From: Mobula hypostoma
Lineage: Eukaryota
DNA: 64,000 nt
Direction: 5' to 3'
Assembly (NCBI RefSeq): GCF_963921235.1
Contig: NC_086118.1
Coordinates: forward strand, 16,308,001-16,372,000
Each line of letters opens with the position of its first letter. Position 1 is the first letter of the stretch. Under the pieces are notes generated by a model. It saw nothing but the letters and a program-made list of their open reading frames with translations, was not told where the DNA came from and made no database searches. The translations under genes and the position numbers were made by a program. Positions 48,346 through 62,225 of this stretch are shown here, in pieces.

Positions 48346-51300
48346 TCTAAAGCATAATTCATCACTACTTTAAATAGCTTGTTTCCTCTGGCTCCCCAGA
48401 TATTACATGGCTTGCTCATAATCTATATTCAGATTATTTTTACAAGTATACCATGAAAATTGACCCTATGGATTATCTTGGAGATTCTTTAGCTCTCCTA
48501 AAACAGCATAGTCAAACTTTCATGATACTTTTGTTTGATAAAAGCAATGTGAAACTGCAGAATGCAGATTTAAGAAGGTCTCCAAACTGTGTTTGCTAAT
48601 CTCACAGAAGAATGTAAAAATGCGACTGTTAATTATAGTCCCCTCCACCCCACCAACCAACATTAAAGAGGAAACTCTGCCAGAGGTAATCTGGAATGAT
48701 CTGTTGGAGTTCTCAAAACACCTTCCTGTGTAAGGATGGGGATTTGTTAATATTTTGAACAGATTTTTTTTGGACAATACCTGGATCTGCAAGCAAAGCA
48801 CTGGAGGGTGGTAGATATCTACAGAGCTATAGCCCATATAAAACAAAAAAACATAGGAAAAGGCAAAAGCCAACAAAAAAGGTTGTTAAAAATAATAATT
48901 TCATTAATAAGTTGCAGTTTTGATGTTTTTCTGGAAAGGAAAATGAAAAAGAAGAAGCAAGCAAAACAAAAGAAACAGACTTGTTTATCAAATCCAACAG
49001 GGGCATCTCAAAGCTGCTTTGTGAGAGTGAATGTTGTTTTGTGCCAAAATAGAACAGCTGTTGTATGCACGCTATCATCCTAGTACTAGCAGAGAACATG
49101 GTAGTGTTGGCTTAAGGAATAACCTTGAGGAGGAAGAGGAGCAATTAAGAGCTCCTCTCCAAATAGTGACTTGGAACATTTCAACACTCACCTGAACAAG
49201 AAAGCACATGCTGAGCTCAGGTTAGCTCTTCAGTTAAGGGGCGGCATCATTCTTTTTATCAATCATCTTGAGTTTTTAAGTTGCTGTTAATAACACAGAA
49301 TATACTTACTGAAAAGTTATGATACATTGAGAAGTTTATTTTTCATAGGTTCCAAAACTGAGCAGAATCTTAGTTCAAAGTAAATTTATTGCCGACGTAC
49401 ATATCACCATATACAGCTCTGGGATTCATTTTCTTGTGGGCATACTAAATAAATCCGTAATTGAACATTAAACATTAACCATAACAGAATCAATGAAAGA
49501 TTGCACCAACTGGGTGTTCAACCAGAGTTCAAAAGGCAACAAACAACAAATGCAAAAAGAAAGTAATAATAATAATAAAAAAAAAATAAGCCATAAATAT
49601 TAAGAACATGAGATGAAAAGTCTCTTATAGATAGATAATTCTCCTGTCTCTTCTCTTGTTATTGCATCTGGATGATTCAGTATGCCCAGGCACATAGCCT
49701 GCAGTTAGGTATACACAAAATTATTAAAATATTTTTATGCACCCATCACATTCAAATCAGCATCTACAAGTACATCTTGCTGTGCTCAGAATATTAATGC
49801 CATTCCTTTAATTCACTGAGCTGTTTCCTGTGTGGTTTCACTGCTGGAACCTGACATGTCACCATTATTAACTTAGTGCTCACAAGCAGCTGTTTATCAA
49901 GAATTCTTATCAACACTTCATGAGACAGTAAACACAGTTTGTCAGCCTTGTATCCATTAGCGTTTGACTTGATCCATTCCAGACGCAGGATTCCGAGAGG
50001 GACACGGCTCCACAGCAGTACTTAAGTGTCAGAGCGGAGATGTTTGAAAAAAAATGTTCAGTCTTCTTTTGTGGTCTATGTCAACTGAATTTGCTGGAGA
50101 AGCAAAATATAATCTTTGACATTTACCTTGAAACATCATACTCTGAATGGAGAACCATTTTATAGGTCTCAGAAATGCATGTGGATTTAGCTCTTGTTCT
50201 CGTTAACTTGTCCACTAGGCCAAATAGATGCACAATATTCTGATTTCATTGGGAGACAACAGAATTTGTATCTTCAAGGGTTCATTTATTATCAAAGTAT
50301 ACAACTCTGAAATTCTTCTTCTCCAGATAGCCACAAAACCAAGAAAGAAAAGAACGGCAGCTCGATCATCAGCCCCCAAATCCTTCTTCCATGCACAAAA
50401 AATGGACAAAAATGGAACAGGCACATTGACCCCTAAATCCCCCTCTACCACACGCAAAGAAGGAGAAAGATCAGGTGAAGAACATAGAATATAAAAAAAC
50501 TCCAAGTCTGAAAAAAGTCTATCTTGATTTTTGAATAACTGTTTCAATTGCAGTGTGAATGGCATTAACTCTGCTCGTGCTTCACATTGGTAAAATAGGC
50601 AGCAAAGTGTCTTGCTTATGGTATTTCATAATGGAAATGTAGCACTTGTCACAGTGGGAAAGAAAGAATGAAAGATTCTTTTTCCTACATACATTACTCA
50701 AGTGTCGAAACCTTGAGAAAGAGAGGTAAAGGCTGTCAAAGGGCCTTTTCTATGCATTCTGTGGAACATACTGAATTTCAGTCTCTGCTTTCCTTTTCTC
50801 CTGTTCAAGGCACCAACTCAACCCAAGGAAGAGCAAGCCTGCAGATCCTTGACATCAACACAATAGATTCTCCAGAGCAACACATACAAAATGAAGGAGA
50901 TATTCAGCAGGTCAGTCAGCGTCACTGGGAATAAACAATCGGCATTTTGGGCTGATCTTTGACACCTTACCCATCCATCAGTGTGATCTTGACAGGAGCA
51001 AGGTCAAATTATAATCTGAAAGAAATCATGACCAAATCACATGGTTACACACTTTTACTTTTCAGAAGAATAATGGCCAGCAACAGGAGCTGAATAGAGT
51101 ATCTCTGCATTTAATACAGCCACTTCAGTAATGTCTAGAGAATTAATATTACATCTTCCTCCAACATATCAGCATCACCCAATGTATTTACAAGCTAAAC
51201 TGCCAAAATAACTTCTTGACTGATATTTTTTTAAATCATGCTTGCTTGGTGAAGGGTAAGTCACATCTCGTTTATTTGACACAATAGACATTTGGCAGTC

Positions 51301-54300
51301 TATTCCAGCATTGCTGAGGAGATGCTGAAAGCTTCTGGTTCACATTAAAATTCAGTTCCATGATTAGCTGATGCAAGGTTCATCTGTTAGCAAATAAGAA
51401 GTACTTTGATTAATATTTCCCACCTGGAATTTTCTTAAAAGCTCGCATCCATCAAGGCAGAAAAAAAAGCTTTTTGTCATTCGAATATGATGGTCTGTTT
51501 GTGAAAAAGTAAACAAGTTACTGAAGTATGAAGGGAGAAAGTGTCAAAATAACTGAGAAGCAAGAGACGAAAAGGAACTTTCAAAAGCAAAAGAAAAATA
51601 CTGAAGGAGTGGATATTTGCCAAACAGATGCTCCTTTTGACATGTACAGTTCAATATGCATTTACAGTTTCTGAAAGTAAGTAGAACAAATAATACTTAG
51701 CAAAGAACACATCTTTTTAGAAATTCCACTCCACTTTGCTATGGTTTACAATATTTGTGAGTGACTGAAGACTGCTAAACACAAAACGTTGTATGAAGCC
51801 AATCTGTGTGAACCTTGCCAGTAATTTACTAATGAAGCAAATGGCACATTTAAACAGCAGCTGTGCCTATAGAAGATTCTGGAAATAATCCAAATAGATA
51901 GACTTTCTCTAGAACAGTTATGAATTATCAAACAGTATGTGAAACATCAATTTAAGCGTTATTAGGAAGGTATCTCATTTAAATATGGAAGATTGTCTTA
52001 TTAATTTTTATAGTGAGTGTTAAAAAGTTCAGGACAGATGATGATAGATAAAAAGCAGATCACATCTTCAAAGAGGTCCACAAAAAATGAAAGAGGATTG
52101 CTAAAAGACGCATTGTTTTCCCCAATGTGTCAGTAATTTTTGTAGCATCTAAGTGCCAGATGAAAAATAATACTTTGGCATGGAATCCTGTTTTGACCAT
52201 GGAGTTATGTGAAGTATCTGAACAGTTCTATTCAATTTTATTTCTGTAACCTACACTCCCGTTTTTAAATCAAGTATTTGCCCAGAACATTTTTTTAATT
52301 AACAGATTTAATCAATGTGAAAAATTCCCTCAGCAAGCTACATACAGCAAAACTGTAAATTTGTTTCTTTGAAGAGGGCATATAATTTTGTTGCACAAAG
52401 AATTCTATCAGATAATGCCATGGTTACAAAATTAATTGTGCTGAAATTTTTGTAAGTACTTCATTCTGTTTGGCTCAGAAAATATTATTCCAATCTCTTA
52501 GTTCATCTAAAGAACACTTGTTTTATATGCTTCAATCATATATGAAGTTAAATCTTCTGCATTTTAAAGGTTTGTATCTTTTCCTCGTCTGAATTTACTT
52601 TTAATTTTAACCCATTGTCACCATTTAAGTATGTGAATCAAAATGTGACTTTTTCTGAACTCTTTAAAATTTCTTGGTGTCCTTTGGAAGGTAACATGTC
52701 TGGCTTGTGAAATGTTTCAGTAAATTATTCATTTAGAATTTTAAATTTATAATCAATGGTACTCCTTTGATGTTTCTCAATACATATTGACTTTGGTGGT
52801 CAATCTCTGCCTCACCAGGACATGTTCATGGACTTGCATCTTTTTCATCTTTGACATTCAACATTATTCTATCATGCATATATATTTTTTTACACTGATA
52901 GTATCATTTCTAATTGAAATAGAGGGTATCTGAAGACAAAATAAGCGAAATGACACCAATTTACAGGGCACATCAAGTGAGAGGGGTAGGGATTAGTGGC
53001 AATTGGTCTGTTGGATCCATAATCAGTGACTAAAGCTGTGGGTCTGGATGTAAGCACAGATATTAGGAAAAGGCTGACATCCAGTGTAGTTGACTCCTAA
53101 GTGACCTCTCAAATAGCCAACTAAAATGTGAAGTTCCCAGGGCCTTTCGAGACTGAGTGCTGGTTTTACCAGGAAAGTCCAGATCCTGCAAATGAATATG
53201 AAACATGCTTTAAGAGACTTGCTCAAAATAAATCCCTGTCTATCTAATGGGCTAAATGTATTCTGAAACAGAACCATGAAGTCAAAGGTTGTCCCCAGTT
53301 TGTTGGGACAGTACACTCAGCACATCACCATGCCTTGTGATTGGCCTCGGTATTGATGGGAAGCTGCCTCTTATTACTATGCCACAAAGCAACTTATGCA
53401 GAACAGAAGCAGGTATCTCCTACCTCTGCTGGACAGTCTGACTATTTATTCCTGCATGGAAAGAGGATTAGCTACTTTGAAAATAGAATGCTTCAGTAGG
53501 TCTTCACCTGCTGTTTACTCAGCTCCATTTTGTCTGTAAGATATTTACGTTCATTTTGTCAGTACTCTGGGAAGTAATTAGAAAATTAAAGTTTCAAGCA
53601 TATTCTGAGTAAGTCCAGTATCACTTACAGATCCAGCTGAATGAAGCTTGGTTTCCTTCAGTCTCAAACAGGGTGGTCTGAGTGCCTTCCAGTCCTTCCT
53701 TGCAAAGAGATCCTTCCGCCCTCATTCCCTTTTACCTGGTTCAACATGCTTCCGCTTTGAGCACTTAAGGAAAGGGGAGAGTGAAGTAAAAAACTGTTGA
53801 TCTGTTGGCCTGCCATCAATTGTGGGGAAAAATGTGAGAATCTGTAATGAAAGATGTATTAGCAGTACAGGACAGTTGATCACGCACATTCATGAAACGG
53901 AAATCATTGTTGATTAAGTGACTACAGCTCTCTGGGTATGTGACTTGTAAGACAAATAAGGGAAAGCCCTTAGTATCATGACATAGCTGCCATTTTCACA
54001 ATTGAATTTATAGACGACCAGTATCATCATTTTCATCTTCCAACTTAGTCGATTTCCTCTCATGCACCAACATCCCAATACAAAGTCAAAGATTTAAATA
54101 TTAACTTTATTTGTCAGGCGTACATCAAAACATACAGCGCAAAGCATCGTTTGCATCAAATCAAACTGGCGAGGGTCGTGCTGAGCAGCTTACGTGTCGC
54201 CAGTTGCCACGGTTCTGGAGCCAACATATCATGCCTGCAGTTCTCAAACCCTAACCGCATGTCTTTGGAACATGGGAGCAAATTGGAGCACTTGGAGGAA

Positions 54301-54469
54301 ACCCACGTGGTCATGGAGAGAACGTATAAACTCCCTATAGACAGCAGCAGGAATCAAACATGGATCTTACAATTGGTGCTGTAATAGAATTAGACTGGCC
54401 ATGATACTATATTCCAGCCAGTTACTATTCAAGCTGGCCATTTACAGCAGCCTATTAGTTTAATATACA

Positions 54470-56300
54470 TGGAGAGCCTCGGAGGTCTAGGTCACTGGAG
54501 TTAACTCATGGTCAACTGTGCTGCATATTATTTTTGAAAAGATCCCACAGAGGAAGTTGGACAATAGGATTGAGAACCATTTGTCAGACAGAAAGCAAAG
54601 AGTGGCAGGCTGTGACATAAAGTCTACTCCAGGGATCCGAACTTGAGCCCCAGATTTTCATGATCCTTAGCAAAGATGAAGCTCAGAGAATAGAATGTCA
54701 TACTTCCAAACTGACAGATGGTACAAAATGATGAAGCATTGTCCTAGGAGGAGCATGTAAAGAGGCTCCAAGGGGATATAGACAAAATAATAGTCATAGT
54801 CATAGTCATACGTTATTGATCCCGGGGGAAATTGGTTTTCATTACAGTTGCACCATAAATAATAATTAGTAATAGAACTATAAATAGTTAAATAGTAATA
54901 TGTAAATTATGCCAGTAAATTATGAAATAAGTCCAGGACCAGCCTATAGGCTCAGGGTGCCTGACCCTCCAAGGGAGGAGTTGTAAAGTTTGATGGCCAC
55001 AGGCAGGAATGACTTCCTATGACGCTCTGTGCTGCATCTCGGTGGAATGAGTCTCTGGCTGAATGTACTCCTGTGCCCACCCAGTACATTATGTAGTGGA
55101 TGGGAGACATTGTCCAAGATGGCATGCAACTTGGACAGCATCCTCTTTTCAGACACCACGGTGAGAGAGTCCAGTTCCATCCCCACAACATCACTGGCCT
55201 TACGAATGAGTTTGTTGATTCTGTTGGTGTCTGCCACCCTCAGTCTGCTGCCCCAGCACACAAAAGCAAACATGATAGCACTGGCCACCACAGACTCGTA
55301 GAACATCCTCAGCATCGTCCGGCAGATGTTAAAGGACCTCAGTCTCCTCAGGAAATAGAGACTGCTCTGACCCTTCTTGTAGACAGCCTCAGTGTTCTTT
55401 GACCAGTCCAGTTTATTGTCAATTCATATCCCCAGGTATTTGTAATCCTCCACCATGTCCATACTGACCCCCTGGATGGAAACAGGGGTCACCGGTCCCT
55501 TAGCTCTCCTCAGGTCTACCACCAGCTCCTTAGTCTTTTTCACATTAAGCTGCAGATAATTCTGCTCACACCATGTGACAAAGTTTCCTACCGTAGCCCT
55601 GTACTCAGCCTCATCTCCCTTGCTGATGCATCCAACTATGCAGAGTCATCCGAAAACTTCTGAAGATGACAAGACTCTGTGCAGTAGTTGAAGTCCGAGG
55701 TGTAAATGGTGAAGAGAAAAGGAGACAAGACAGTCCCCTGTGGAGCCCCAGTGCTGCTGATCACTCTGTCGGACACACAGTGTTGCAAGCACACGTACTG
55801 TGGTCTGCCAGTCAGGTAATCAAGAATCCATGACACCAGGGAAGCATCCACCTGCATCGCTGTCAGCTTCTCCCCCAGCAGAGCAGGGCGGATGGTGTTG
55901 AACGCACTGGAGAAGTCAAAAATCATGACCCTCACAGTGCTCGCTGGCTTGTCCAGGTGGGCGTAGACACGGTTCAGCAGGTAGACGATGGCATCCTCAA
56001 CTCCTAGTTGGGGCTGGTAGACGAACTGGAGGGGATCTTAGTGTGGCTTGACCATAGGCCGGAGCAGCTCCAGAACAAGTCTCTCCAGGATCTTCATGAT
56101 GTGGGACGTCAATGCCACTGGTGAGTGGTTAAGAGCATATCAGATGGAATATAAAGTGGAAAAATGTGAAATTATTCATTTTGGTGCAAAAAATGACAAG
56201 CGATTGGAAAATGCTGATGTTCAAAGAAACATGGCTAGCCTTGTGATGGCCAGTATGAAGGTTCCACAGATAATTATGAAGGCAAATGATAAACTCGTCA
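54470..56300 (+). mobile_element. Old CR1 RT fragment interrupted by a Rex1 element
   Basis: RKQRV, KLTDGTK, LQGDID before 54790; EWLRAYQMEYKVEKCEIIHFG after 56120. Confidence 0.7.
54790..56119 (-). mobile_element. Relatively young Rex1/Babar LINE, 5'-truncated RT to 3' tail
   Basis: VALTSHIMK, DFSSAFNTI, GAPQGTVLSP, KFSDDSA, RKSFLPVAIKLYN; tail (gactat)n. Confidence 0.94.
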
Positions 56301-57567
56301 CTCCATCGATGTAGCTGGATATTTCAGTTTCAGTTTAGTCTGCTTTTTTAGTCTCTCTTTTGCCTCAAAATGATGGTATTTATAGTCACAGCTACTTTAA
56401 CAGCTTCCCTTTGTCGCCTTCACCTCCTTTCCTGATTTACAGCTGATAAACTTGTTTTCACTTTTTTACAATTTTGAGGCGAATCAATAGCCCGAAACAT
56501 TGACTCTGAGTCTCTTCACTCAGATGCTCCTAGGTTAAATGGTGCACAATTCCAGAGCTAGTCATTTATAATTTGGATTTCCAGAATCTGCTCCAATTCA
56601 CTAGATCTCCCTCCACCGGAATTGAAATTGGAATTGGTTTATTATTGTCACATGTACTGAGATACCGTGAAAAGTTGGTCACGAGCACTCTTCATACAGA
56701 TCAAATCATTACTTAGTGTATTGAGGTAGAACATTTACTTTATTTTAAAATATCTATTTTTGCACCCTATCAACATCATACTAACTCATCAATAACTCCA
56801 AAATCAGTTTCAAACACATTGGGTTATCTCTCCAAAATAATTTGAAGATTCATTTCAATGATAGATATGTCATTAAATTCATCTGAAACTTGAGAATTGG
56901 AGGTCTATTTGTTGGTCTTTGTCCCCTTCCCTTTCTACATAAGGACCAGACTAATTAGGGGGAAAAAAGTGTTGAGGAGAAAGGAAAGAAAATAAAAAGA
57001 ACAAATTAAGGTAAATTTATAATCTGTTAACAAATGCTCTTCCTCAGAGCCAAATATTTTGCATTCCAGCTTTTCAACAGGGAAACAATCAGTGTTGTGG
57101 AAAATGGTGTCTTTACATGTGCATTTGTTTTGATGATGTAGCTTCAATCTTATACTTTATCTCCAGTTCTAACAAAAAGGCCACCTCTTGTATAATTACC
57201 ATGTGACTGTAAGGAAAAAGAAACATACTCTAAATTAGTTGTTGCTTCATGAATTTGCTTCATATCATTGCTCTTTGCAATACCCATGAAACTCAAGTTA
57301 TTGGGGATAGCCAGTGTACAATCCCTCCATGAATCTAAAAGAAGTATCTGCTTAAGTGTTCAGATTAACATAGCATGAAGCTTGTAACCTAAGCCTGTCT
57401 TTCCATGATTATAATTCTTTCTCACAGAATCTGAAATATTAGAAGCTTACTTAATTCTATTAGGCAAACACGAGGAAATCTGCAGATGATGGAATTTCAA
57501 GCAACACACACAAAAGTAAAATGTTGGTGAACGCAGCAGGCCAGGCAGCATCTATAGGAAGAGGTAC

Positions 57568-57603
57568 AGTCGATGTTTTGGGCCGAGACCCTTCGTCAGG
57601 ACT
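57568..57603 (-). ncRNA. Minimal type I hammerhead ribozyme motif (core mutated)
   Basis: AGUC-CUGACGA-a-GGG-ucucgg-CCC-AAAAC-AUC-GACU: stem I AGUC/GACU, stem II GGG/CCC, GAAA box read as AAAA. Confidence 0.7.
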
Positions 57604-58206
57604 AACTGAAAGAACAGATAGTGAGAGATTTGAAAGTGGGAGGAGGCGGGAGAGATCCGAAATGATAGGAGAAAACAGGAGGGGGAGGGATGAAGCTAAG
57701 AGCTGGAAAGTTGATTGGCAAAAGGGATATGAGGCTGGACTAGGGAGAGGATCATGGGATGGGAGACCTAGGGCGAAAGAAAGGGGGAAGGGGGAAGCCC
57801 AGAGGATGGGCAAAGAGTATAGTGAGAGGGACAGAGGGAGAAAAAGGAGAAAAAAAAACCAATAATAAATAAATAAATAAATAAATAAATAACCGATGGG
57901 TTACAAGGGGGAGATGGGTCATTAATGGAAGTTAGAGAAGTCAATGTTCATGCTATCAGGTTGGAGGCTACCCAGAGGGAATATAAGGTGTTGTTCCTCC
58001 AACCTGAGTGTGGCTTCATCTTGACAGTAGAGGAGGCCGTGGATAGACATATCAGAATGGGAATGGGACGTGGAATTAAAATGTGTGGCCACTGGGAGAT
58101 CCTGCTTTCTCTGGTGGACAGAGCGTAGGTGTTCAGCGAAACGGTCTCCCGGCCTGCGTCAGGCCTCGCCAATAGATAGAAGGCCGCATCGGGAGCATCT
58201 GACGCA

Positions 58207-58418
58207 GTATATCACCTCAGCTGACTCACAGGTGAAGTGTCACCTCACCTGTATATCACCCCAGCTGACTCACAGGTGAAGTGTCGCCTCACCCGTATAT
58301 CACCCCAGCTGACTCACAGGTGAAGTGTCGCCTCACCTGTATATCACCCCAGCTGACTCACAGGTGAAGTGTCGCCTCACCTGTATATCACCCCAGCTGT
58401 CTCACAGGTGAAGTGTCG
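58207..58418. repeat. 44-bp tandem repeat, 5 copies, made of Penelope GIY-motif coding sequence
   Basis: gtatatcacc recurs at 58207, 58251, 58295, 58339, 58383. Confidence 0.95.
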
Positions 58419-59176
58419 CGACCAGCATTTTTTTTTGTGTGTGTTGTTTAATTCCATTAGGATTTTTTTCATGCAAAAAGTGCTACATCTTATCAAGAGG
58501 AAGTCTGAAGTCACATATTGTGTGATAGAACAAGTTCACTGTGATCTCAACATTACAAACTATCAACCTTAACCATAGTTACTCTAGTTTACCTATGCTA
58601 CAAGTCTGTGCAGATTGTGCTCCCATTTGATTTTGGGTTAGATACTCTTTAGGAGAGTGCATTGGTTGCTGCTAGTAGACACAATAGCTTCCTTTAAATT
58701 ATTTATTACTGCATACCATTTCATTGTTAGCCTGCTGAATGCCCAACCATCCAAGACTATATTTTGCTGGGGCTTCTTATTTTGGCCCCTCCAGTTCAAC
58801 GTGGTTTTGTCCAGCTGCTCTGAATAGGTAGACCTACAGGTACATGAAAACTTTAGCTAAATCCCGAGGCTGTCCCTTCCTGCATTGAATAGTCTTCCCA
58901 TCATCCTAGATTTCCTGCCAACATCCTATCCCCATCCATCCTAATCACAGTCCTACACCTGACTTAACAATCCTACACAGCTCTCCCTGCCATACCCCAT
59001 TTCATTCCTCAACATCTTGAGATGACCTCCATTCCTGTTGTCCTACCACTTTCTGATTCTTACATCATCTAAAAATGTTGTCGTGCTTGGAAGATCCCAA
59101 AACACTCAGTCACGCTTGATATTTTGCACTCCTGGCCACGTGTGTGCATAGGTAAGTGCGTAGAGTATGGGTGAGA

Positions 59177-59530
59177 TGTGTGGGTCTGAAAATTGGCACA
59201 GCAAGGAAATGGTTGACAATTAGGAATTTATGGGCCTGTTATGTTGTTGGGCAGATTGACCCTTGATACTAGATAAGGGGAGAACAATATGTGACTCTGG
59301 TCTACCGGATAACATGCCTGAGAGCAAGCTAAAAGTACTGATTTGTGTAAAAGTAATTAATCACCTTGTCTCTAAAGAATTTTTTTTTACATTGTTTGGT
59401 TGTAAGATTAATAGGATGCATTGTCCCTGAGGGGGCAAAGGCCAGTTGTTACAGGTCACCTGACCATGGTACTTGCAGGTATGGAGGATGTATGTTGGCT
59501 TAATACGTGGCCAGGACTTGGATTGGCCAA
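59177..59530 (+). repeat. Possible remnant of the ERV 5' LTR/leader
   Basis: Starts with TG and lies directly upstream of the ERV; no second copy in the window to confirm. Confidence 0.3.
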
Positions 59531-60061
59531 GGCCAAGGTTCTGAGCATCCAGTTCAAGTCAAAGGCTCTGTGTTCCAAGACCAAATCCAGGCACCGTGTT
59601 CCAGCCCTGTACAAATCTAAGCTTCGTGTCCTCATCTAGTTCTGGTGCCTTGCCCAGCCCGGAGTTGGAGATTCCTTGTCCTGTGTTGGAGTACCTCATC
59701 CTGTCCTGTAGCCACGTGCTGTCCTTTCCAAGATCCTAGTCCCGAGTCCTAGCCTAGACCCAGGTTCCAGTTCCGATTCAAGACCCAGGTTCCGGGTCCT
59801 TGTCTAGGCTCTGGTTCCAGAGTTCCAGAATTCCGTGTTCCTAGTCCAGGCTCCTTGTTACTAGTTCCACGTCTGGGTCCCGTGTTTCTAGCCCAAGTCC
59901 TAGCCCAGGCTCTGTATCCTAGTCTCGTCCAGGGCCTGTGTCCCTGTCCAGCGTTATTTCTTCCCGACTCACCTTGTTACCTTGATAACCCTAGTCCTGT
60001 TCCCAGTACTTCAGTGTTTGTGTCTTGCATTTGGGTCCGCTCCCAACGCCCCCTTAGGACA
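59530..60061. mobile_element. Partial LTR, same family as 62422-63288, left part lost
   Basis: Close similarity to ~62870-63288, ending cccaacgcccccttaggaca. Confidence 0.85.
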
Positions 60062-60860
60062 GCAACAGTAAGGAAAAGGCCGATTAGTGTATTGTATGCT
60101 ATGTATCTTGCGCACATGAAAGCTGGGAAGACGAAAGCTGCCCCTCCTGCCCCTCCTGCTCCTCCTGCCTCCTCGCTCTACCCATTGTTAGCTGAATTGC
60201 AGGACGTAGTAAAGAAGGCCACACAGGAGGAGACTGGGAAATGGCGGCCTCCCAACCCCTCCCGGACCTAGGGGGGTGGCCGGGTTCCCCCGACATATGA
60301 GATCAATTCAACGTGGATCCGGTGGGGGGGGGGAGCCCTAGGCCTTATGCACCTACAGTGGTCCATTGGGCGAAGGGAAATGATCAACAGTTTGTTGCTC
60401 TGGCGGATACGGGAGCAGAAGATACTGAGATCCCGGGCGATCCCGACAAGTGGAGGGGATCCAAGTATAATATTGAAGGGATGGGGGTGCCCGGGAAGTA
60501 ACGGTGCATGTAACGATGGACAAAAACGTCCCGTGTTCTGTATCTTTCCTGATTGCTGTAACCACCCAGTGTATCTTAGGAATTAATGTGTTACGGGGAA
60601 TGCAACTGAAGACATTGTTAGGGACCTTTAGTTTTGGGATCCGGAGCATGCGGGTGGTAGTCGGAAGGGCAAAGTGGGAGCCCCTGTTTATCCCTTCACC
60701 GACGCACATAGTGTCGATTCCACAATACTGGATCCTGGGAGGTCACAAGGAAATAGCTGATACTAATACCTCCTTGGAGCAAGGTGGGGTTATTCGACCT
60801 GCCACGTTCCCGTACAATAGCCCGGTCTGGCCGGTAAAGAAACCAGGCAGGGCCTGGTGA

Positions 60861-62225
60861 ATGACTGTTGACTATCGACAATTGAATCGATACTCTTCCC
60901 TGTTCAGTTCTGCTGTGCCCGACATAGTGACGCTGGTAGATGATATTTCGGATGATGCAGATGGTCGATGGTATGCTGTTATTGATTGGGCCAACGCCTT
61001 CTTTTCGATTCCCTTGGAGGAGGAATCACAGGAGCAGTTCGCTTTCACCTGGAATGGTAGGCAATATACCTTTACTTGTTTGCCACAGGGATATGTTCAT
61101 AGTCCGACCTTATGCCACGGGATAGTGGCACGAGATTTGGAGACCTGTGCACTGCCCCCTAACGTCAGAATACACCACTATATCGATGATGTTATGTTAC
61201 AAGGACCTGACAAAGAGAGAGTCGCAGAGGCACTGCGGTCCCTCTTACAGTGTGTGCGAGAGAGGGGATGGGCTGTGAATGAAAATAAGGTTCAAGGTCC
61301 CAGTCAATCCATGACGTTTCTTGGAATCCACTGGCATGCTGGGGAGAGGATTATACCAGAAAAGGTACGAAATAAGATTCAAGCCGCAGCTACCCCTGCT
61401 ATTAAACAGGAAGCCCAGCACTTTGTGGGATTATTAGGATATTGGAGGGGACATATTCCCCATTTGACTCTCCTATTGAAACTACTGTATGCCGTCACTC
61501 ATAAGAAGAGTGAATTTACCTGGGGAGATGAGCAGGAAGAGGCGTTTGAGCAGGCCAAAACGGCAGTTAAACAGGCTCTTCCCCTTTCACCTTGGGTCCC
61601 GGGGCCCCCATATGAATTACATGTGTCTGTTCACGATAACGTGGCAGTATGGAGTCTGTGGCAATTACAGAATGGAAAGAGGGTGCCCCTAGGGTTCTGG
61701 ACATGCACTATGCCGGAGACTGCCAAACGATATACTCCATTCGAACGACAGCTCCTGGCGTGTTACTGGGCCCTGGTGGAAACTGAGTCCATCACGGGAT
61801 CGGACCCCACGGTGTTGCGACCCGATTTGCCTATTATGTCCTGGGTGCTCGCCCCAGATACGAAGGTGAGACAGGGGTGTGCACAGCGGTCATCCATAGT
61901 GAGGTGGAAATGGTATATACAGGACCGGGCCGCTAAAGGATCTGATGGAGTCATCCGTCTTCATGAGCAAGTAGCCAGATTACCTATGACAGCTGGAATC
62001 GAGGAAAAGAAGGCAGTTCCCCCTCTCGAACCCTCCCCCATTCGATGGGGCCGGCCATATGGGGATTTGACATTGGATGAAAAGGCTAGTGCTTGGTTTA
62101 CGGATGGCTGGAGCCGTTGTGTGTCGGGGCGCCAACAGTGGAAGGCCGCTGCTCTGTGGACCTCGGACGATGCTCAGTTAATACAAGAAGGAGGGGGCGG
62201 ATCCATCAGCTGGTGGAACTTGTAG
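60861..62225 (+). pseudogene. pol: Retroviral pol segment (RT, connection, RNase H start), 454-aa open stretch
   Basis: ORF track; YIDD catalytic motif intact. Confidence 0.9.

Larger units (their letters stand above)
57463..58418 (-). mobile_element. Penelope-like element 3' part: GIY-YIG endonuclease pseudogene + terminal repeat
   Basis: Minus translation HFTCESAGVIYCVRCSRCGLLSIGEA*RRPGDRFAEHLRSV..PVATHFN..RLEEQHLIFPLGSLQPDSMNIDF (58250-57923). Confidence 0.92.

Noticed and set aside
49819..49834. agctgtttcctgtgtg, matching the lac/M13-reverse region of cloning vectors
   Set aside because: Only 16 bp with no vector sequence on either side; chance match (it also reads as adjacent ETS/RUNX-like motifs, unsupported without data)
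59855..60061. N-terminal half of the 138-aa ORF as genuine gag
   Set aside because: Encoded by the inserted LTR; only 60062-60271 is plausibly gag
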